Shown here: positions 57,466-64,000 of the stretch, piece by piece
Layout: each line of letters opens with the position of its first letter
How positions within the stretch are numbered: position 1 is the first letter of the stretch
Source: the human T2T-CHM13v2.0 reference genome, Homo sapiens
NCBI RefSeq assembly: GCF_009914755.1
Contig: NC_060948.1
DNA: 64,000 nt
Strand: one strand, 5' to 3'
The notes under the pieces: generated by a model
Told to the model about the DNA's origin: nothing
The model's database searches: none
The model's input: only the letters and a program-made list of their open reading frames with translations
Program-made: the position numbers and the translations under genes

Positions 57466-58437
57466 TTATAGTTAGACTCTTCGTTGTCACTTGGTTTAAG
57501 CACTTTGAATATGTCATCCCACTGTCTTCTGGATTGCAGAGTTATAGCTTATCTAGCAAGAGCTCCCTTGTAAATGATGAGTCACTTTTTACTTGCTGCT
57601 TCCAAGATTCTTTCTTTGTGACTCTTGAGAGTTTGATTATATTGTCTCTTGATGCTTTGGGCTTATCCTAGTTGGAGTTCAGCTTCTTGAATTTGTATGT
57701 CCATCTTCTTTCACACAACTGGGGAGTTTGGGCCATTATTCTCTTCTAGTAGGCTTTTTGCCCCTCCCTGTCTTTCCCCCAAATCCTGTTCTCATTTTCT
57801 CTGTTTCTGTCTTTTCTCCTTCTAGGACTCTTGTAGTTTGTATATTGTTCCTCTTGATGGTGTCTGCTACTCCCTCTCTTAGGCTCACCTTTATTTTTCT
57901 TTTTTCCTTTTTGCGCCTCTGACTTGTTAATTTCAGTGGCCTGTCTTCAAGTTTGCAGATTCTTTCTGGACCTGTGATTTTTAAATTCTGTTCAATTGTA
58001 TTCAGTTCCAGAGTTTGATCCTTTTTTGTGGGTTTCCTTTACATTGTTGATAATTCTCATGTTGTTTATGGGTTGTTTTTCTGATTTTGTTTGTAGCTGT
58101 TTCCTTAGTTTGATATGCATCTTTAAGATGGTTAGCTTGAATTTTTTGTCTGGTAACTCATACATCATCGTTTCTTTAGGCTTATTTTTCTAAAGAAAAA
58201 CAGCCATCTCTTCCAGTCTTCCCTATGTATCTTCATACAGGGAGTATGACCTTCACCAGTCAGCCAGGCTAGAGGTTTTGGGAATCTCATCTCAGGGCTT
58301 GCATGTGTACTTTCTTGGCTGTGCTTCTCTGAAGCCCCTAACCTCTTGCTTTGCCTGATGCCTGTCTGTGGTACTATGGCCTCTCTGCTGTTGTAACAAC
58401 TGTCTCATATACCCTGCTCCACCCCCATCCCTGTATG

Positions 58438-59050
58438 TCTTTTTTTTTTTTTTTTTTTTTTTTTGAGCTGGAGTTTCATTCTTGTTGCCTAGGCTGGACT
58501 GCAGTGGTGACATCTCTGCTCACTGCAACCTCTGCCTTTTGGATTGAAGCGATTTTCCTGCCTCATCCTCCGAGTAGCTGGGGTTACAGGCATGTGCCAC
58601 CATGCCCGGCTAATTTTGTACTTTTAGTAGAGACGGGATTTCTCCATGTTGGTCAGGCTGGTCTTGAACTCCCAACCTCAGGTGATCCTCCCACCTCAGC
58701 CTCCCAAAGTGATGGGATTACAGGCATAAGCCACAGTGCCTGGCAATTTTTGTAATTTTTCGTAGAGACAGGGTTGTCTCATCATGTTAGCCAGGCTAGT
58801 GTTGAATTCCTGACCTCAGGTGATCTGCCTGCCTTGGCCTCCAAAAATGCAAGGATTACTGGCATGAGCCACCGTGCCTGGCATTTTTTTTTTTTTTTTT
58901 CCAAGACAAGAGTCTTGCTTTGTCACCCAGGCTGGAGTGCAGTGGCATGATTTCGGCTCACGGCAACCCCTGTCTCTGAGGTTTAAGCATTCTCTTGCTT
59001 CAGCCTCCCAAGTAGCTGGGATTATAGGTGTGTGCCACCATGCCTAGCTG
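58438..59050 (-). mobile_element. Alu cluster: full Alu (58438-58744), extra left arm (58746-58883), right arm (58884-59050)
   Basis: Three consecutive Alu segments in the same orientation. Confidence 0.9.
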
Positions 59051-61919
59051 TGATCCACTGCAGTAGAAAATTTTGTTTTCACATACTGCTTTGTCCATAA
59101 CCTTCCTCTCACTTCAGTTTTTGGGACTTGGATTTAAGTTGTATTAGAGCTTTTCACAGTAGACCTACTTGTCCAGTCTTCTCCATTTTTCATCCTTTTG
59201 TCTTTCCATGGTGCATCATGAGCAGTTACTTTCAGCACCTTCTATTTTTCTGATTCTCTCTTCAACTAACTATAGACATGTTTCATTAAACCCATTCCTT
59301 TCCATTCTTAATTTTGGTAACCGCATTTTTCATTATTTGTTTGATTTTCAAATCCGCTAGGTTACTCTGCAAAGGTGGGCTTCTTGTTGATTTACATTAG
59401 TTTTGTTATGTTTTGTGTTTTCTTTTATCCTTGTACACCCTTTTAAGGCAGTTCCAAGTTCTGCATTTGGTTTGTGCTATGTTGAGGGTGGTGGTCTTTA
59501 TCATGGTGTCTTAGTTCCTTCCATGCTAGACACTACATGTAAAGTACTGTTAGTAAGAATACTATGCGATCAAGATGATTCTGCCTTCCTTCTGTCTGGC
59601 ATCTGGGCTGTCTTAGCAGCGTGAGATCACCTTGATCAAGACTTGAGATTCCCTTGCTGGCTGTCCAGAGAGGGTGAATTTCAGATTTTAAGTTATTAGG
59701 AAGAAGGATTGTTTTGGGCTCAGGTGTTTGTGAGGGTTTTGCCTTTGGGGTCCAGCTAATTATGGGAAGCGTCTGCTGTTTTCACCTGGAGACTGAACCC
59801 GGAGCTTTGATTTCTATTCTATTGTCCCTGTGAGACCATCAAAAAGAAAGGAGTGTCCCACAACAAAAGTCAACATTAGTTTGCACTCAGTCTGTTTTCC
59901 TGGGAGTTGTCTGATAGACGTAAAGAATAGAGCTGACACATTCAAGAATTATAAAATAGTGATTCATGGGAAGGGTCTCCGCTTTCAACCTCCATTTACT
60001 AATGTGCCCGTAGTAGGCACCATTCTAAATGTCAGGGGCTTTTTACTGGAACTTAACACATCTTGAAAGAATCAATGTTTTCATCAATTTGTAGCCTTTC
60101 TTCACTTTTAGAAGCAGTGACAAACAAGTGAAGTGAAGGAACTATTATTAACAATTTGAATTTTACCATAATTAGCTCTGTTTTTTTCCCTATGCATACT
60201 AAGTCCATAGTGTTCCCACATGAGGGTTCTGGAGAATGAACTAAAAAAAAACTTGGTGCACCTTTTAATTGACATAAGCATTGCAAGGCATTTCTGCTAC
60301 TCTTGCCTAAGTACTGATTTTCTCTTAAAGGAGGCTCTGCAATTCAGTCTTGAGCAAAATAGTAAGTTTTCATTGACATTTCATCTTACCGCTTTTTCGG
60401 GATTATCTTCTGCTTACCAGCTAGCTCAAGCCCTGCATTTTGTTACTGAGCAGGTGCTTCTATCCAAACCTTCCTTAACTCCAAACCTAACTTAACTTTA
60501 ATGTAAAGTATAGTATAAGAAAGTTCTTTGTAACTGAGGTTGTTAGGGGCTGCTCGTTTACTGTCTTAGTAGTTGCCACAAGGACCCTAAAGGACTGGCC
60601 AAGTACACTGACTTAAGAAACAAAATCTTGGGCCTTTTATGTGATTTTGTTATCTTTCAGATACAGGTCTGTGGGTACTTTCTTGTGACTTTAGTGGGTA
60701 TCCATACCATCTTACACAAAATTACTTTCAAATCATTTCTCTAACTCTCCAGTACAGTTGCTAATGTTGAGGCAAAACCTTTGGTCCTTTTAATTCCTAT
60801 GGCTTCTCACCATGTCAAAACACATATAAGCAGCTGGCCTTGGGTTTCTGTTAAAAATCTGCATGTTGGATCAACCAATGTATTTGTGGTAGAAAGGGTC
60901 AAACTGCAGAAATCTGTTTGATCATTGTCAGACCAAGCAATTTTTACCTTAGAGATAATTGTAATTTTCTTGCATCCTAGAGCCTCATCTTTAAGATGCT
61001 CAGATTGAGTTGGGTTCTTCTGTTTCCCATCAGTTTTTGAGAGATCAATAAGTGTAATATGTTTGTGCCATTGATTCATAGGTTATAATTTCAAATTTAT
61101 CCTGGAGTTTTTTAGGCTAGGTTACTTGTTTGTGTTTTGTTTTGTTAGTATTAAGACAGGGCTTTATTCTCTGGCTTTGGTGGTGTGTCTTCTTTAAAAA
61201 AAGAGGATGTGTCCTTTTTCCTTTTTTTTTTAAATGTGTCTTCACATAAAAAAGAGGACTTGTGGCTGAGTCTTTATTAGCAGTGGTTTGAGGGAAAGTT
61301 TTTCTTAAAACATGTTTATTCTGTGATAGGTAGAACTTCCTTGACAAGGTAGCCTGTGTCCTAGATAGTATACTTATATTAGATGGTTATGTCCCGCAAA
61401 AATAACTCTAGATGTCTGAAACAAATGTATTCCTCCAGGGGTCCCCTGAGAGCCCTTAAAAGATTCCCCATTGAAAGACTGGATTAGCTAGCCATCCAGT
61501 TAAAGGCCTTTCTTTATTGTCTAGTGTCTTTCTCATAGCCTGAATTTCTCCAGTTCTCCCTCCCTCTCAGTCATCCTCCTTATCTCTCTACCCATCCACC
61601 CTACCCAGTGCTGTTCCATGCCATCTTTGTCAACCCCAAAATGATTATTCAACCTTTGAAGAATTATTGTTGGACAAACAATGCAGGGAAAGCTTATGAT
61701 TTGAAAAATCATCAGGGGCCTGCCTTTAAATGCTGACTGCAATCTAATTCACAAATAGCATTCGTTTACAGTGACAAGAGTTCTTGAAATTACAATTTTG
61801 GGATGATGCTCCATTTTTTTTTTTCCTGGTGAGCCCGTGTGTGTTAATTTGTTTTAAAGGCAACAGGCCCGTCTGGTTTTAAAATGACTCCTCTCCTGTT
61901 TATTTTCCTTTCCCTCTAG

Positions 61920-62077
61920 GCAATTTGTGTATGGTGATTGGTGGAGCCAACCTCGGTCGTGTTGGTGTGATCACCAACAGGGAAAGACATCCTGGTTCTT
62001 TTGATGTGGTGCATGTGAAGGATGCCAATGGCAACAGCTTTGCCACGAGGCTTTCCAACATTTTTGTCATTGGCAAT
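61920..62077 (+). CDS. RPS4Y1: RPS4Y1 exon 6 ([53 protein letters not shown]; KOW motif)
   Basis: ccctctag|GC...AAT|gtaaga; 158 nt. Confidence 0.98.
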
Positions 62078-62597
62078 GTAAGACTTACACTCTCTTTACT
62101 TCTTTCTAAGAAGACTCATCCTAAAAAGCATAAAGACCTGCATCCACTACTGGTGTTTGTCTGTTTGTTCTTTTTCCAGTGTTAAGGTTCACAGAGTGCA
62201 GCAAGCTCTCTATTTAGAGCCTCTGAGAAGAAACAAGATTAGATCTAGAGCCTTACACCTGCCTCTTCAGGTGGTCTGTGTGAGATGCCAGCAGTGTCAT
62301 TCAGTAAATTAAGTTAAACTCAGCCTTGCAACTTTTGCAGGGCTACATCACTGGTATGGGCTGGATTAAGGTCACTGGCTCCAATCCTGGTAGTGCTGTG
62401 CCCCCTTAATTTTGTAAGTGAGTCTGCTAAACCCCTCTGAGACTCCATCTTACAGTTCATCAGTGAACATGGAGTTGATGGAGATTGATGCAAGGGGGCT
62501 ATGAGTGAGTTGCTAATTTGAGAATAAGGGCATTTACAAGGCACGTAACACTTGTTAGTTTACTTGTTCAAGATGATCTTGCTCTGGGATCTTTTGA

Positions 62598-63013
<416 letters not shown>

Positions 63014-63543
63014 AACTGAAAAGCTTTTCATCAAGCTATTCAGCCCCGGGAGCAGCATCTTTCACTTGTACCCTGGCAGTCCTTAGGATATTTGAGAGAA
63101 GTGGTACAGAGGCGAAGCCTGCTGTTGTTTTTTTGGCTGTGCCACTCAGAAGCTCTATAGTTGGGCCATTCTTCTTCTCAGTATTGAATTATGAAACCTC
63201 AGTTTATACCTTTGAAAGCAGGGGATCAGGGAAGTGAGTAAATGCATGTAAAAGTTCTGTAAAGCTGATGATAGGGTGCTGACAGTACACAACTTCAAAA
63301 CTATGAGAACCTGAAGTTAGTGGCCTTGCCTTTAAAGATGCTTATGAAAAACTTGTTGGCTGATTGCTTCACATAAAATAGAAGCAGGAAGACCTTTATT
63401 TAGCAGCTCAGCAGTGAGGAGTGGGAGGGACTGTGAGAGGCAGATAACCTCTCAGGAGACATGTATAAGGAAGTGTTTATTTTGTTTTAGATTTTGTTGG
63501 GTGGTGGTCTGTTAGCTGGCTATTAATGTGAAGGAAGGTATGA

Positions 63544-63726
<183 letters not shown>

Positions 63727-63761
63727 ATTGCAGTAGCAGCATATCTTTTTTTCTTTGCACA

Positions 63762-63800
63762 AATAAACAGTGAATTCTCGTTTCTTAATGTGTTTTTTCC
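63762..63800 (+). terminator. RPS4Y1: RPS4Y1 poly(A) signal and downstream GU/U-rich element
   Basis: AATAAA at 63762-63767, 35 nt after the stop; tgtgtttttt at about 63789-63798. Confidence 0.9.
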
Positions 63801-64000
63801 CCCTTGTGGATAATAGTAGGGTTTGAATTTGCTCATGATTTTGGCACTGTCTTAAGATCTCTAGGAATACCACCTATACTTCCTCTGACCCTCCAGTAAA
63901 TAAACCTTTGCTTCCCTCATACATGTTACCCACACCATCTCTGTGGGCAGAGTGATGGAGTAGCATTCCAAAACGAAGTACAAAAAACGTATGACATTTC

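Larger units (their letters stand above)
53900..58200 (-). mobile_element. Fragmented old L1M (L1MB/MC-like) in intron 5, with nested Alu and LTR
   Basis: 3' end ccttaaccatttttaagtgtacagttc; ORF2 C-terminal remnant [27 protein letters not shown]. Confidence 0.78.

Overview
This window is primate, almost certainly human, Y-chromosome genomic DNA; an essentially perfect AluYa5 copy supports human. Its one intact protein-coding gene is RPS4Y1 (40S ribosomal protein S4, Y isoform 1; + strand, 7 coding exons, 38456-63726, 263 aa), with a TCT/5'TOP promoter, ETS sites and a poly(A) signal. The 38 kb upstream is almost all nested transposon debris (L1 within L1, many Alus, ERV1/MER4-group LTR and internal fragments, MaLR LTRs) plus a 5'-truncated TOMM22 processed pseudogene. 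I see no convincing evidence of a previously undescribed biological system. The best leads are a candidate in-frame alternative first exon of RPS4Y1 with its own TCT-like start, a chimeric young-L1/old-L1 cassette that looks retro-inserted as one unit, a short 3' transduction on a nested L1, clustered template-switch scars, a very young intronic AluYa5, and exclusively antisense intronic Alus. Repeat family names and all reference comparisons are from recalled consensus sequences. Repeat boundaries are approximate; exon boundaries are exact.
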